Below are positions 10,277 to 21,600 of a DNA stretch of 64,000 bases, in pieces. Within the stretch, counting starts at the first letter, position 1. Each line of letters begins with the position of its first letter. The DNA is taken from the NCBI GenBank assembly GCA_965199755.1, contig CBDASZ010000001.1:326178-390177 (forward strand), given 5' to 3'. Both the position numbers and the translations under genes were made by a program. The DNA is from an uncultured candidatus Porisulfidus sp. GTDB taxonomy: Bacteria; Pseudomonadota; Gammaproteobacteria; Poriferisulfidales; Poriferisulfidaceae. A model generated the notes under the pieces. It was given only the letters and a program-made list of their open reading frames with translations. It made no database searches and was not told the DNA's origin.

Positions 10277-12280
10277 ATGCCCACCCAGCGAATGCTAGCC
10301 AACGCCATCCGGGCGTTGAGCATGGATGCCGTGGAACAGGCCGCATCAGGCCATCCGGGCATGCCTATGGGTATGGCGGACATCGCCGAGGTGCTGTGGC
10401 GTCGCCATCTGCGGCACAACCCCAACGATCCCAGCTGGCCCAACCGCGACCGCTTCGTGGTCTCCAACGGCCACGGCTCCATGCTGCTCTACAGCGCGCT
10501 GTATTTGAGCGGCTACCCGCTGTCGCTGGACGATCTTCGCGCCTTCCGCCAACTTCACTCAAAGACTCCGGGACACCCGGAACGGGACCCGGAGATCGGC
10601 ATTGAGACCACCACCGGCCCGCTCGGCCAAGGCCTGGCCAACGCCGTCGGCATGGCGCTCGCCGAGAAGTTGCTCGCGCAGCGCTACAACCGCCCCGACT
10701 ACCCGGTTATTGATCATCACACCTACGTGTTCGCAGGCGACGGCTGCCTGATGGAAGGCGTTTCGCACGAAGCCTGCAGTCTGGCCGGAACGTTGGAACT
10801 CGGCAAACTCATCGTGTTCTATGACGACAACGGCATTTCCATTGACGGCTCCACGCAAGGATGGTTCACGGACGACACCCCCGGGCGTTTTCGCGCGTAT
10901 GGCTGGCAGGTGCTGCCGGAAGTCGACGGACACGATGCTGAGGCGGTGGACGCTGCGATTGAGACCGCCAAAGCGGATTCGCGGCCGTCACTGATTTGCT
11001 GTCGCACAGTGATCGGTTACGGTGCGCCCAACAAGCAAGGCACTGCGGACACGCATGGTGCTCCACTAGGCGCAGACGAGATCCAGCAAGCCCGTGAAGC
11101 GCTTCAATGGCCGCATCCGCCGTTTGAAATTCCCCAGGACATCCTTGATGCCTGGGACGCCCGCACACGCGGTGCACAACGCGCCGAACAATGGCAGGAT
11201 CTCATGGAAGCCTACGCCGCGGACCATCCGCAGGATGCGCAGGAGTTGATGCGGCGCCTCAACGGACGATTGCCCGAGGCGTTCTCACGCGCCGTTGACA
11301 AACATATTCAAAGCCAGTTGAAAGAACCGGCGCGTGCCGCCACCCGCAAGCACTCTGGCAATACGCTTGACGCGATTGCCGAAAGTCTGCCGGAACTGCT
11401 TGGCGGATCCGCGGATCTGACCGGCTCCAACAACACGCAGCCGAAAGGCTCCAGCACCATCACCGCGCAAGAACCTGGCAACTACCTGTACTACGGCGTG
11501 CGGGAGTTCGGCATGGGCGCGATCATGAACGGACTGGCTTTGCACGGCGGTGTGATTCCGTACGGCGGCACCTTTCTGACTTTTTCAGACTACGCGCGCA
11601 ATGCTGTTCGTATGGCGGCTTTGATGCGGCTGCATGTGATCTTTGTGCTCACCCACGATTCCGTCGGTCTGGGCGAGGATGGCCCGACCCACCAGCCGAT
11701 TGAACATCTCGACAGCCTGCGGCTGATCCCCGATCTCGAAGTGTGGCGTCCCGCCGACGCGATCGAAGCCGCGGTTGCCTGGAAATGCGCGTTGCAGAAC
11801 CAGCAACAGCCCAGCGCCATGGTGCTGTCTCGCCAGACCGTGGAGGTGCTGCAGCACAGCACGCAAACAGTCGCGTTGATCGCACGAGGTGGTTATGTGT
11901 TGCAAGACTGCGACGGGACACCGGATCTCATCCTGATGTCCACCGGCTCGGAACTGGGTCTTGCGGTACAGTGTGCGCAAGCCTTGGCCGATCACAACGT
12001 GCGCGTGGTGTCCGTCCCGTGCATGGAGCGTTTCGCCCGGCAGGAACTCGCCTATATCGAAGAGGTGCTGCCCCCTGAAGTTCGCATACGGATCGCGGTG
12101 GAGGCCGGCACCGGGGTGTGCTGGCAACGCTGGCTTGGTGAGCAGGGACGCCTTTTGGGCATTACAGAATTTGGCCATTCCGCGCCAGGGGCGTGTGTAA
12201 TGGAACACTTTGGCATGACTGCAGATAACCTAACTCGAATGGCCCGCGAACTACTGGGCCGGGAGCAAGCACACACATGA
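10277..12280 (+). CDS. tkt: transketolase
   Basis: [41 protein letters not shown]... (TPP-binding GHPG motif); 668 aa; start of tkt-gap-pgk-pyk-fba cluster. Confidence 0.9.
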   Translation: MPTQRMLANAIRALSMDAVEQAASGHPGMPMGMADIAEVLWRRHLRHNPNDPSWPNRDRFVVSNGHGSMLLYSALYLSGYPLSLDDLRAFRQLHSKTPGHPERDPEIGIETTTGPLGQGLANAVGMALAEKLLAQRYNRPDYPVIDHHTYVFAGDGCLMEGVSHEACSLAGTLELGKLIVFYDDNGISIDGSTQGWFTDDTPGRFRAYGWQVLPEVDGHDAEAVDAAIETAKADSRPSLICCRTVIGYGAPNKQGTADTHGAPLGADEIQQAREALQWPHPPFEIPQDILDAWDARTRGAQRAEQWQDLMEAYAADHPQDAQELMRRLNGRLPEAFSRAVDKHIQSQLKEPARAATRKHSGNTLDAIAESLPELLGGSADLTGSNNTQPKGSSTITAQEPGNYLYYGVREFGMGAIMNGLALHGGVIPYGGTFLTFSDYARNAVRMAALMRLHVIFVLTHDSVGLGEDGPTHQPIEHLDSLRLIPDLEVWRPADAIEAAVAWKCALQNQQQPSAMVLSRQTVEVLQHSTQTVALIARGGYVLQDCDGTPDLILMSTGSELGLAVQCAQALADHNVRVVSVPCMERFARQELAYIEEVLPPEVRIRIAVEAGTGVCWQRWLGEQGRLLGITEFGHSAPGACVMEHFGMTADNLTRMARELLGREQAHT

Positions 12281-13293
12281 GTATCCGCATTGGGATCAAC
12301 GGCTATGGCCGCATTGGACGCAACATTCTTCGCGCCCTGTACGAATCAGACCGCGAGGACGAAATGCGTATCGTCGCCATCAACGACATCGGTGACCTCA
12401 CGGCCAGCGCGCATCTGACCCGCTACGACTCGGCACACGGCTCGTTCAACCGCGAGGTACGTACGCAAGAAGACGCGCTGCTGATCGGTGACGACCGCAT
12501 TCGCTTCACCGCCTGCCGCAATCCCGCCGACATTCCGTGGCGGGAGTCCGAAGTGGACGTGGTAATCGAATCCACCGGATTGTTCGCCTCGAGCGACAAG
12601 GCGCAGGCCCACGTGGACGCCGGCGCTCCGCGCGTGCTGATTTCAGCGCCTGCCGGCAACGAGGTTGATGCGACCGTCGTCTACGGTGTCAATCACCAGC
12701 AACTAAACGCGCAGCACACCATCATCTCGAATGCCTCCTGCACCACTAACTGTCTGGCACCGTTAGCCAAGGTGCTGATGGAGGCCGTCGGCATTGAATC
12801 CGGCATTATGACCACCATTCACTCTTACACCAACGATCAAGTGCTGACCGATGTCGCCCACAGCGATCTGCGTCGTGCCCGCTCGGCCACGCAGTCGATG
12901 ATCCCCACTGCGACTGGCGCGGCCCGCGCGGTCGGACTGGTGCTGCCGGAGTTGGCCGGACGCCTCGACGGCTTCGCCATTCGGGTGCCGACCATCAATG
13001 TCTCGGTCGTGGATTTGAGTTTCGTGGCGGGTCGCGAGACCAGCGCCGAAGAAGTCAACGCGGCCGTGCGTGCCGCGGCCGAAGGCCCGCTGGCCGGCGT
13101 ACTGGCGTACAGCGAAGACCCTCTGGTCTCGATTGATTTCAACCACAACCCCGCATCCTCCTCACTGGACGCCTCGCTGACCAAAGTGCTGCCAGGCAAT
13201 CTGGTTAAAGTGCTGTCGTGGTACGACAACGAATGGGGCTTCTCCAACCGGATGCTGGATGTCATTGCCGCGTGGCTAAATGCCGACACATGA
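12277..13293 (+). CDS. gap: glyceraldehyde-3-phosphate dehydrogenase
   Basis: [20 protein letters not shown]...[16 protein letters not shown] (active-site Cys); ATGA overlap with tkt stop. Confidence 0.9.
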   Translation: MSIRIGINGYGRIGRNILRALYESDREDEMRIVAINDIGDLTASAHLTRYDSAHGSFNREVRTQEDALLIGDDRIRFTACRNPADIPWRESEVDVVIESTGLFASSDKAQAHVDAGAPRVLISAPAGNEVDATVVYGVNHQQLNAQHTIISNASCTTNCLAPLAKVLMEAVGIESGIMTTIHSYTNDQVLTDVAHSDLRRARSATQSMIPTATGAARAVGLVLPELAGRLDGFAIRVPTINVSVVDLSFVAGRETSAEEVNAAVRAAAEGPLAGVLAYSEDPLVSIDFNHNPASSSLDASLTKVLPGNLVKVLSWYDNEWGFSNRMLDVIAAWLNADT

Positions 13294-14462
13294 GCCATCT
13301 CCCCGGCCTTCCGCATCGCTTGCCTCAAGGCTGCAGGGTCTTGTTGCGTGCCGATCTGAATGTGCCAATCAAAGACGGTCGCGTCACCGCCATGGAGCGT
13401 ATCCGCGCCAGCGCCCATACGATTGAGCGACTGGCGGATAAAGGCTGCCGGGTGCTGGTCATGTCGCATCTGGGCCGTCCCAAAGCAGGGCACCATGATG
13501 CGTCCGCTTCACTGGAGCCGGTCGCTCAGGCGCTCTCAAAGCAATTGAAGCGCGAAGTGCATTTCGCGCGTGACTGGATCAATGGCGTGCCGCTGCATGA
13601 AGGCGAGATCTGCCTGCTGGAAAATGTCCGCTTCCTTCAGGGGGAAGTCGACAACAGTGATACGCTTGGCCAACGCATGGCGGCCCTGTGCGATGTGTTT
13701 GTCATGGATGCCTTCGGCAGTGCCCATCGCGCTCACGCCTCCACCCACGCGGTCGCCCGCCATGCCCCCAGAGTTTGCGCGGGCCCACTCCTGGTTCGCG
13801 AACTGCATATGTTGGAGAAGGCCCTTGAGGACCCGAAGACCCCGGTGCTGTCGATCATCGGCGGTGCCAAGGTGTCTTCCAAACTCGGTGTGCTGGTACA
13901 TTTGGCGGAAATTTCCGACGCGATGATCGTCGGGGGTGGCATCGCCAATACCTTTATGGCGGCGGCAGGACTGCCGATCGGTGACTCGCTGTTCGAACCC
14001 GCGCAACTGGAACTCGCCCGCGAACTGGAGCACCCGACCGCCGAACATTATGCCCGCGTGCAAGTGCCCCGTGATGTGGTGTGTCTGTGCCCCAAGAGTT
14101 CCCAACCTGTGGTACGCGATGCGCATGATGTGCAGGGCGATGAGAAAATCATGGACGTCGGCCCCAAAACATGCGAGGACTACGCCAGACTGGTGAAGCA
14201 GGCACGCACCGTGATCTGGAACGGACCGCTTGGCGTGTTTGAGGACGAACGCTTTGCGATGGGGACTTTTTCTCTGGGACGGGCGATCGCGGCGAACGAG
14301 GGCGCCTTTACGATCGGCGGCGGCGGTGATACGCTTGCGGCCGTGTCGCAACTACGCATCAAGAGCCGCCTGTCCTATCTCTCCACCGGCGGCGGGGCCT
14401 TTCTCGAATATGTGTCGGGACGCCCACTGCCTGCAGTGGAAGCCCTGCAGGAGGAGGCCTGA
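13290..14462 (+). CDS. pgk: phosphoglycerate kinase
   Basis: [26 protein letters not shown]...MSHLGRPKG; ATGA overlap with gap stop at 13290-13293. Table ORF start 13218 is an in-frame upstream extension inside gap. Confidence 0.9.
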   Translation: MSHLPGLPHRLPQGCRVLLRADLNVPIKDGRVTAMERIRASAHTIERLADKGCRVLVMSHLGRPKAGHHDASASLEPVAQALSKQLKREVHFARDWINGVPLHEGEICLLENVRFLQGEVDNSDTLGQRMAALCDVFVMDAFGSAHRAHASTHAVARHAPRVCAGPLLVRELHMLEKALEDPKTPVLSIIGGAKVSSKLGVLVHLAEISDAMIVGGGIANTFMAAAGLPIGDSLFEPAQLELARELEHPTAEHYARVQVPRDVVCLCPKSSQPVVRDAHDVQGDEKIMDVGPKTCEDYARLVKQARTVIWNGPLGVFEDERFAMGTFSLGRAIAANEGAFTIGGGGDTLAAVSQLRIKSRLSYLSTGGGAFLEYVSGRPLPAVEALQEEA

Positions 14463-15946
14463 TGACTGCGCCCACTTCCGCTCTGCGTCACCGACGCACC
14501 AAGATCATCGCCACGCTCGGCCCGGCGACGGATGAGCCGGGTGTGCTGCAGCAATTGATCGACGCCGGCGTCGATGTGGTGCGGCTGAACTTCTCGCATG
14601 GCACTGCCGACGAACACCGCGAACGCGCCGAACGCATCCGCGAGATGACCGAGCCGGACTACCATCTGGCCATCCTTGGCGATCTGCAAGGCCCCAAGAT
14701 CCGCATCACGTCATTTCGCGACGGCCCGGTCACCTTGCAGCCCGGCGATGAGATCACGCTGGACCCGGATTGCGATCCGCAAGACGGCACCGCTGAGCGG
14801 GTCGGACTGACGTATCCCAATCTCGCCGAAGACGTCGCCCTTGAAGATGACCTGCTGCTGGATGATGGTCGATTGGTGCTGCGCGTGCGGGGTCTGGATG
14901 GTGAGAAGATTGTCTGTGAGACGATCACTGGCGGTCTGCTGCACAACTCCAAGGGACTCAACCGGGCCGGCGGCGGGCTGTCCGCGCCTTCAATCTCCTC
15001 CAAGGACCAGCAGGACATCAAGCTGGCAGCGGAGATCGGGGTGGATTATCTGGCCGTGTCGTACCCGCGCAGCGGCGGCGACATCTACTACGCCCGCGAA
15101 CTGCTGCGCGAAGCCGGAGTCAACGCGCATATGATCGCCAAGATTGAACGGGCTGAAGCGGTGCGCAATCTTGACGAAATTCTGGAAGCCTCCGACGCGA
15201 TCATGGTCGCGCGTGGAGATCTGGGCGTGGAAGTGGGAGACCCGGAACTGCCCGCCATTCAGAAACGTCTGATCCGCGAGGCATGGAAGCGCAACCGCGT
15301 GGCGATCACCGCTACGCAAATGATGGAGTCCATGATCACCAGCACTGTGCCGACCCGCGCGGAAGTGTTCGATGTCGCGAATGCGGTGCTCGACGGCACC
15401 GATGCCGTCATGCTGTCGGCGGAAACCGCCATTGGCAGCAATCCGGTAGAAGCCGTACTGGCGATGAGCCGCATTTGTGGGGGTTCGGAAGATAACGCCG
15501 CCGGCGATGTCCTCAATCTGACAGCAGACGAAGATGAAGAAGCGCTGGAGACGGATGAGGCGATCGCGCTGTCAGCGATTTTCGCGGCCAACCATCTGGA
15601 TGCCACCGCCATCGCCGCACTGACTGAATCAGGCTCCACGCCGAGGCAGATGTCCCGATTTCGCTCCTGCATTCCAATCTACGCCGTCTCGCGCAATCTG
15701 GAAACTCGACGTCGGGTCAACCTCTACCGCGGCGTGTATCCGGTCACGCTCAGTTCCATCAGCACCGACCACGCGCAACTCAACCGCGATCTGGTGGATG
15801 CGCTGAAGCGCTATCAAGCGGTCACGGATGGCGACCGGGTTATCATCACCAAAGGTGATCTGGCCGGCGTGCAAGGTGGCACTAACGCCTTAAAAGTGGT
15901 CGAGGTCGGAGCGATGGCGGAAGCCCAGGGCGGCACCTTCGAATAA
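14462..15946 (+). CDS. pyk: pyruvate kinase
   Basis: [47 protein letters not shown]...; overlaps pgk stop. Confidence 0.9.
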   Translation: MTAPTSALRHRRTKIIATLGPATDEPGVLQQLIDAGVDVVRLNFSHGTADEHRERAERIREMTEPDYHLAILGDLQGPKIRITSFRDGPVTLQPGDEITLDPDCDPQDGTAERVGLTYPNLAEDVALEDDLLLDDGRLVLRVRGLDGEKIVCETITGGLLHNSKGLNRAGGGLSAPSISSKDQQDIKLAAEIGVDYLAVSYPRSGGDIYYARELLREAGVNAHMIAKIERAEAVRNLDEILEASDAIMVARGDLGVEVGDPELPAIQKRLIREAWKRNRVAITATQMMESMITSTVPTRAEVFDVANAVLDGTDAVMLSAETAIGSNPVEAVLAMSRICGGSEDNAAGDVLNLTADEDEEALETDEAIALSAIFAANHLDATAIAALTESGSTPRQMSRFRSCIPIYAVSRNLETRRRVNLYRGVYPVTLSSISTDHAQLNRDLVDALKRYQAVTDGDRVIITKGDLAGVQGGTNALKVVEVGAMAEAQGGTFE

Positions 15947-16004
15947 CCATTAGAATGATTCGCTCATTTCGATTTCCCTATAACTCTCAACTCCTGAATC
16001 ACTC

Positions 16005-17024
16005 ATGAATCAAGACACCTTGCGCGATACCGCACAAGCCATGGTCGCCCCTGGAAAGGGCATTCTGGCCATGGACGAAAGCCATCCGACCTGCCAGAAG
16101 CGCTTTGATGCGCTGGGGATCGAGTTCACCGAGGGTAACCGTCAGGCGTATCGCGACATGCTGGTGACCGCCGAAGGTCTCGCGGACTGTATCGGTGGCG
16201 CTATTCTGTTTGACGAAACCCTGCGCCAGACCTTGATGGACGGCACCCCGTTTCCGCAACACCTGCAGTCGATCGGAATCGTTCCGGGCATCAAGGTGGA
16301 CCGCGGTGCCAAGGCATTGGCCGGACATCCGGGTGAGAAAGTCACAGAAGGACTGGACGGTTTGCGCGAGCGGCTTGAGGAATACTCCGAACTGGGTGCG
16401 CGGTTCGCCAAATGGCGGGCGGTCATTACGATTGGTGAGGAACTGCCCAGTGAGGCTTGTCTGGAAGCCAACGCGCATGCGCTCGCCCGCTACGCTGCAC
16501 TGTGTCAGGAGGCCGACATTGTGCCGATTGTGGAGCCCGAAGTACTGATGAACGGGACACATGACATTGAACGTTGTGATGAGGTGACCACCCATACTCT
16601 GGAAGTCACTTTCGATCAGCTGGCGCGTCAGGAAGTCTGGCTGCCGGGCATCGTGCTGAAACCCAGCATGGTCATATCGGGTGATCACTGTCCGGTGCGG
16701 GCGGACGTGGGGACGGTCGCGCGCAAGACGGCTGAATGCCTCAAGCGTACGGTGCCGGCGGAAGTTCCAGGCATTGCGTTTCTGTCAGGCGGACAAAGTG
16801 ACGAAGAGGCCAGCGCCCATCTGAACGCCATTAATCAGTATCCGGAATTGCCGTGGGCGGTGACCTTCTCATACGGTCGTGCCCTACAGCAGCAGGCCAT
16901 GAAGACCTGGTGCGGAAAAGCTGAAAACCTAGCCGCGGGACAAGCGGCCATCGCCAAACGGGCGCAGATGAATTCGGCTGCCGCAAACGGGACCTGGCAG
17001 GCGGATATGGAACAGGCCGCCTGA
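16005..17024 (+). CDS. fba: fructose-bisphosphate aldolase, class I
   Basis: GKGILAMDESHPTCQKRFDALGI...ILFDETLRQ matches the class I (eukaryote-type) aldolase signature GKGILAADES; 339 aa. Confidence 0.85.
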   Translation: MNQDTLRDTAQAMVAPGKGILAMDESHPTCQKRFDALGIEFTEGNRQAYRDMLVTAEGLADCIGGAILFDETLRQTLMDGTPFPQHLQSIGIVPGIKVDRGAKALAGHPGEKVTEGLDGLRERLEEYSELGARFAKWRAVITIGEELPSEACLEANAHALARYAALCQEADIVPIVEPEVLMNGTHDIERCDEVTTHTLEVTFDQLARQEVWLPGIVLKPSMVISGDHCPVRADVGTVARKTAECLKRTVPAEVPGIAFLSGGQSDEEASAHLNAINQYPELPWAVTFSYGRALQQQAMKTWCGKAENLAAGQAAIAKRAQMNSAAANGTWQADMEQAA

Positions 17025-17034
17025 CGCTTCTCGT

Positions 17035-18084
17035 ATGGCCACAATCCGGGTCCAGGGGATCGACCGAAGTTTCGAGACCCTGGGCGAAGAATCCCTGCTT
17101 GACGCGGCCATCCGCGCGGGGATCAGCCTTCCTTATGGGTGTGACGCTGGCAACTGCGGGCTGTGCAAAGCCCGACTGATCGAAGGCGCTACCCGCAAAA
17201 CCCGACAACACGACTACGTCCTGTCGCGTGCGCAGCAGGCGCATGGCGATTTTCTGATGTGCTCTAACCAGCCGGACGGAGACATCAGCATTGAAGTCGA
17301 AATAGCACAGGATATCGCCTCAATCCCGACGCAGACTCTGCAGATGAAAGCCCGGCAGGTGGAGCGTGTCGGCGAGGGTTTGCTCAGGCTGCAGATGCGC
17401 GTCCCGCGCTCACAACGACTTCGGTTTATGGCCGGACAGTACGGTGTCTTGACCTTCAGCAATGGTGCGTCCAGTGAAAGCGCCATCGCCAGTTGTCCCT
17501 GTGACGAGCGTTTCGTGGAGTTTCATTTGCGCCAGTTGCCGGATGACGCATTCTCGGAATATGCGTTTCAGTCCTTGCGTACTGGAGAGATGGTGACGCT
17601 CGAAGCGCCCGGTGGGCGGTTCACGTTCGATGATGATTCGCCACGGCCAGCGGTATTTGTTGCATTTGACACGGGGTTTGCCGCCATCAAAAGCCTGCTC
17701 GAACACGTGACCGCGCGTGAGTCCGAGACACCCATGCACCTGTACCGAATCTGCTGCTCGCGTGAAGACCTGTATCTGGACAATCTGTGCCGTTCCTGGG
17801 CCGACGCCCTGGATGAGATCAGTTACACCTCGCTGATTATTGGAGAGTCGTATGAACGCTGGGCGGCGGAATTGTCTGGCCTTGATCGCGTCGCCGCCAT
17901 GCTGACACAAGTGGCGGACGATTACCCGGATCTCTCCGAATATGACGTTTACGCCTGTGCGCCAGAAGCGGTGGTGGAGCGGTTCGAGGGGTTGGCGCTC
18001 AATGCCGGATTGACGCGCAAGCAGTTTCGCGCGGAAGTGATCCGTGGCAATTCACATACGCGCTGTCTGGGCAGTATTCGCTGA
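17035..18084 (+). CDS. 2Fe-2S ferredoxin domain + FAD/NAD(P)-binding (FNR-like) oxidoreductase
   Basis: N-terminal plant-type ferredoxin motif GCDAGNCGLCKARLIEG. Rest is flavodoxin-reductase-like (RxYS-like, GxGxxP-like). Co-transcribed after fba (10-nt gap). Confidence 0.65.
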   Translation: MATIRVQGIDRSFETLGEESLLDAAIRAGISLPYGCDAGNCGLCKARLIEGATRKTRQHDYVLSRAQQAHGDFLMCSNQPDGDISIEVEIAQDIASIPTQTLQMKARQVERVGEGLLRLQMRVPRSQRLRFMAGQYGVLTFSNGASSESAIASCPCDERFVEFHLRQLPDDAFSEYAFQSLRTGEMVTLEAPGGRFTFDDDSPRPAVFVAFDTGFAAIKSLLEHVTARESETPMHLYRICCSREDLYLDNLCRSWADALDEISYTSLIIGESYERWAAELSGLDRVAAMLTQVADDYPDLSEYDVYACAPEAVVERFEGLALNAGLTRKQFRAEVIRGNSHTRCLGSIR

Positions 18085-18112
18085 CCCAAGTCCGGGAAAG
18101 CCCGATGCAGGA

Positions 18113-18417
18113 TTATGCGTGGGCTTCTCTCAAGCTCTGACTAGTGCTATTGTGGCTTTTTTCGGCCTCAGCCGCCTCAGCCAGACGCGCCTGTGCGAGT
18201 TCGTAACTCGCCCGCATTCGCATCCAGTGATCTGCATTGCCCCAGCCGTTTTTTCTAACGCTAGAGCCATTTTTGCTGATACGCCAGATTTGCCATTCAG
18301 CAGTCGCGACAGCGATACCCGATCGCACTCAAGCTGTTTTGCTGCTTCCGTTACGCTGCAGCCTAGAGAGTTCATGATCTCACGGACTAACTTACCTAAA
18401 TGTGGCGGGTTAAGCAT
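18113..18417 (-). pseudogene. higA: HigA-family (HTH-XRE) antitoxin with frameshift in an A-run
   Basis: MLNPPHLGKLVREIMNSLGCSVTEAAKQLECDRVSLSRLLNGKSGVSAKMALALEKTAG is a HigA N-terminus. The conserved C-terminus ...NADHWMRMRASYELAQARLAE continues in another frame (ORF 18113..18328). The switch maps to gagaaaacgg (A4 run) near 18243. Confidence 0.55.
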
Positions 18418-18476
18418 CCTAATATCACGCTCATGCTCCATATCTTTCATTTATAAGTCTCCCTTTTTAGTAGTTT

Positions 18477-18557
18477 TTATTCACCTCGGTTATATGGTAG
18501 CCGATCAAGCCTGCAGCCACGAATTTTCCAGTGAATTCGGAGTTTTTTGGACTTCAT
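18477..18557 (-). pseudogene. higB: C-terminal remnant of HigB/RelE-family toxin (26 codons)
   Basis: MKSKKLRIHWKIRGCRLDRLPYNRGE*. Weak resemblance to HigB C-termini (...WRIcFRwedG...dYH). Lies immediately upstream of higA on the same strand as in higBA operons; the N-terminal ~65 aa are missing. Confidence 0.3.
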
Positions 18558-18646
18558 TGTTCATGTGAGACAAGCCTTTATCCTGGCAGTCCTTTTTGCC
18601 CACGTTGTATACTGCATTTCCCTATTTTTCACGATGCAAATGCGTC

Positions 18647-21600
18647 ATGATGGCTACACAATCGCCCAAAGACAGCCTCTATAGCGCCGAGTTTGAGCGC
18701 GACAGCTGTGGTTTTGGGCTGATCGCGCAAATGGATGATGTGCCAAGCCACGGCTTGGTGCAAACGGCGATCCATGCCTTGGGGCGCATGACGCATCGCG
18801 GCGCGATCGCGGCTGACGGCAAGACCGGCGACGGTTGCGGCTTGCTGTTGAAGATTCCGGCGGATTACTTCCGTGCGGTCGCCGAGCGCGAGCAGTTCTC
18901 TATCGGTGAGCGCAATGCGCTGGCGATGGTGTTTTTGAGTCAGGACGAGGACCAGGCGCAGGCCGGACGCGATGCGCTGGAGAAGCGTCTGGAGGAGCAG
19001 GGCTTCAAACCGCGCGGCTGGCGTGTGGTGCCGATTGACCCGGAGGCGCTGGGCGAACAGGCGCGTGCGTCCATGCCGCGCATTGAGCAGTTGTTCATTG
19101 ATCTGCTGGGGGCCAACCCGCAGCACTGCGATGCCTCATTGATGCTGGCGCGGCGACGGGCCGAGCAGGATGCCGCTGCGGACCCGGACTTTTATGTGTG
19201 TAGCCTGTCACCGCATGTAGTCAGTTACAAGGGGCTGATGATGCCGGAATGGCTGCCGCGTTTCTATAAGGATCTGAATGATCCGGCGCTGGAGTCTTCC
19301 ATTTGCGTGTTTCACCAGCGCTTCTCCACCAATACCTTGCCGCAGTGGGCGCTGGCGCAGCCGTTTCGCTATCTGGCCCACAATGGCGAAATCAACACCA
19401 TTCGCGGCAACCGCAACTGGACTGAGGCGCGCGCGCATACCTTCCGTAGCGCTGACTTGCCAGGACTGGAACAACTGCGCCCGCTGGTGTCAGCCACTGG
19501 CTCAGACTCTTACGCTCTCGACAACATGCTCGAGGTGCTGCATGCCGGCGGCGTCGACATCTTCCGTGCGATGCGTCTGCTCATTCCACCCGCGTGGCAG
19601 CACGCGACCGACATGGAACCTGATTTGCGCGCGTTCTACGAATACAGTTCCATGCACATGGAACCGTGGGATGGACCGGCCGGCATTGTGCTGACCGACG
19701 GACGCTACGCGGCCTGCGTGCTGGATCGCAACGGTCTTCGTCCGGCGCGTTACGTCATCACGCGGGATCGTTGCATCATGCTGGCCTCCGAGATTGGCGT
19801 ACATGACTATGCCGACACCGACGTGGTGGAGAAAGGCCGGCTGGGTCCGGGTGAGATGCTGGCGGTAGACACACAGACCGGAGACTTGCTGACATCCGCG
19901 CAGATCGACCGCATCAACAGCACCCGCAATCCGTACTGGAAATGGCTGCAGGAAGGCTCCCGCGAGATGCGCCATCTGGTTGATCATCGGGTGCGGGACT
20001 GGGAAGCGTATCCCCGCGCCACGCTGCGCCAGCACGAGAAGATGTTTGGGGTCAGTTACGAGGAACGCGAGCAGGTGCTGCGGGTGTTGGCCGACGCCGG
20101 ACAGGAAGCGACCGGATCAATGGGCGACGACACGCCATTGCCGGTGATGTCGGGCCAGACGCGATCCCTGTATGACTATTTCCGCCAGCAATTTGCGCAA
20201 GTGACCAATCCGGCGATTGACTCCCTGCGTGAGAAAGTGGTGATGTCGCTGGAGACCTGTTTCGGTCAGGAACTGAATCTGTTCGATGAGAGTCCGGACC
20301 ATGCCATGCGTCTGGTGCTGGAATCGCCGGTGCTGACGCACAAGAAGTTCGAGCACCTGCTGATCATTGAGGATGACGACTATCGGCCGTTGCGCCTGGA
20401 CCTTAATATTGACGCGGACAGCGATTTGCGCGAGGCAGTGTGCGCGGTTGCAGAGGAAGCGGTGGCGGCGGTGCGCGACGGCATTGTGCTGCTGATTCTT
20501 TCGGATCGGGAGATCGCTCCCGGCAAGGTCCCCATTCCGGCGCTACTGGCGACCGGCGCGGTGCACCATGCGTTGGTGCGCGAAGGCTTGCGCTGCAAGG
20601 CCAATATCGTGGTGGACACCGGCTCGGCGCGAGACCCGCATCACTTTGCGGCCCTGATTGGCTATGGCGCGACCGCGGTGCATCCGTATCTGGCGTTTCA
20701 GTGTCTGGCGGACATGATGCAGATGGGAGAGATCGAAAAAGAAACCTTCTCCATCATTGAAGGCCGTTATTGCGCTGGTGTGGACAAGGGACTGCTGAAG
20801 ATCATCTCGAAAATGGGCATCTCGGCGATCACCAGCTATCGCGGCGCGCAGTTGTTCGAGGTTGTGGGGCTGTCGCGCGAGGTGGTCGATGTGTGCTTTG
20901 TCGGTTCGGTCAGTCGCATTGAAGGCACCGGCTTCGCCGAGTTGGCCGACGATCAGCGCCATTTGGCGGAACAGGCATGGAGCCTGCGGGATCTGCGGCA
21001 GGGTGGTTTGCTGAAGTACGTGCACGGTGAGGAATATCACGCCTTCAACCCGGATGTGGTGCAAGCCTTGCAGACGGCGGCGCGCAGCGGTGAGATGACC
21101 GATTACCGCAAGTTTAGCGAACTGGTCAATCAGCGCGACCCGATGGTGCTGCGCGATTTGCTGCAGGTGCGCGAGGGCGCGACACCAGTGCCGCTTGATG
21201 AAGTGGAGTCGGCCAGCGACATCACCAAGCGCTTTGATTCGGCTGGCATGTCACTCGGTGCACTGTCACCGGATGCGCACGAGACGCTGGCGCTGGCGAT
21301 GAACCGTCTGGGCGCGCGTTCGAACTCTGGTGAAGGCGGAGAAGATCCGAAGCGTCATAGCAGCCCGCGCACCTCCAAAATCAAGCAGGTCGCCTCCGGG
21401 CGTTTTGGCGTCACTCCGGCCTATCTGGTCAGCGCGGAAGTGCTGCAGATCAAGATCGCACAGGGAGCAAAGCCGGGCGAGGGCGGGCAGTTGCCTGGTC
21501 GCAAGGTGAATGAGTTGATTGCCAAGTTGCGCTACTGCAATCCGGGTGTCACGCTGATCTCGCCGCCGCCGCACCATGATATTTATTCGATTGAGGATCT

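Noticed and set aside
12837-14351. Large minus-strand ORFs (219 aa, 271 aa) across gap/pgk
   Set aside because: Antisense to strongly supported gap and pgk; no domain signatures.
15999-16688. 229-aa minus-strand ORF opposite fba
   Set aside because: Antisense to class I aldolase with clear signature motifs.
18044-18568. 174-aa plus-strand ORF spanning the higA/higB region
   Set aside because: Opposite strand carries recognisable HigA HTH and HigB remnant; this ORF is low-complexity and bridges an intergenic A+T-rich stretch.
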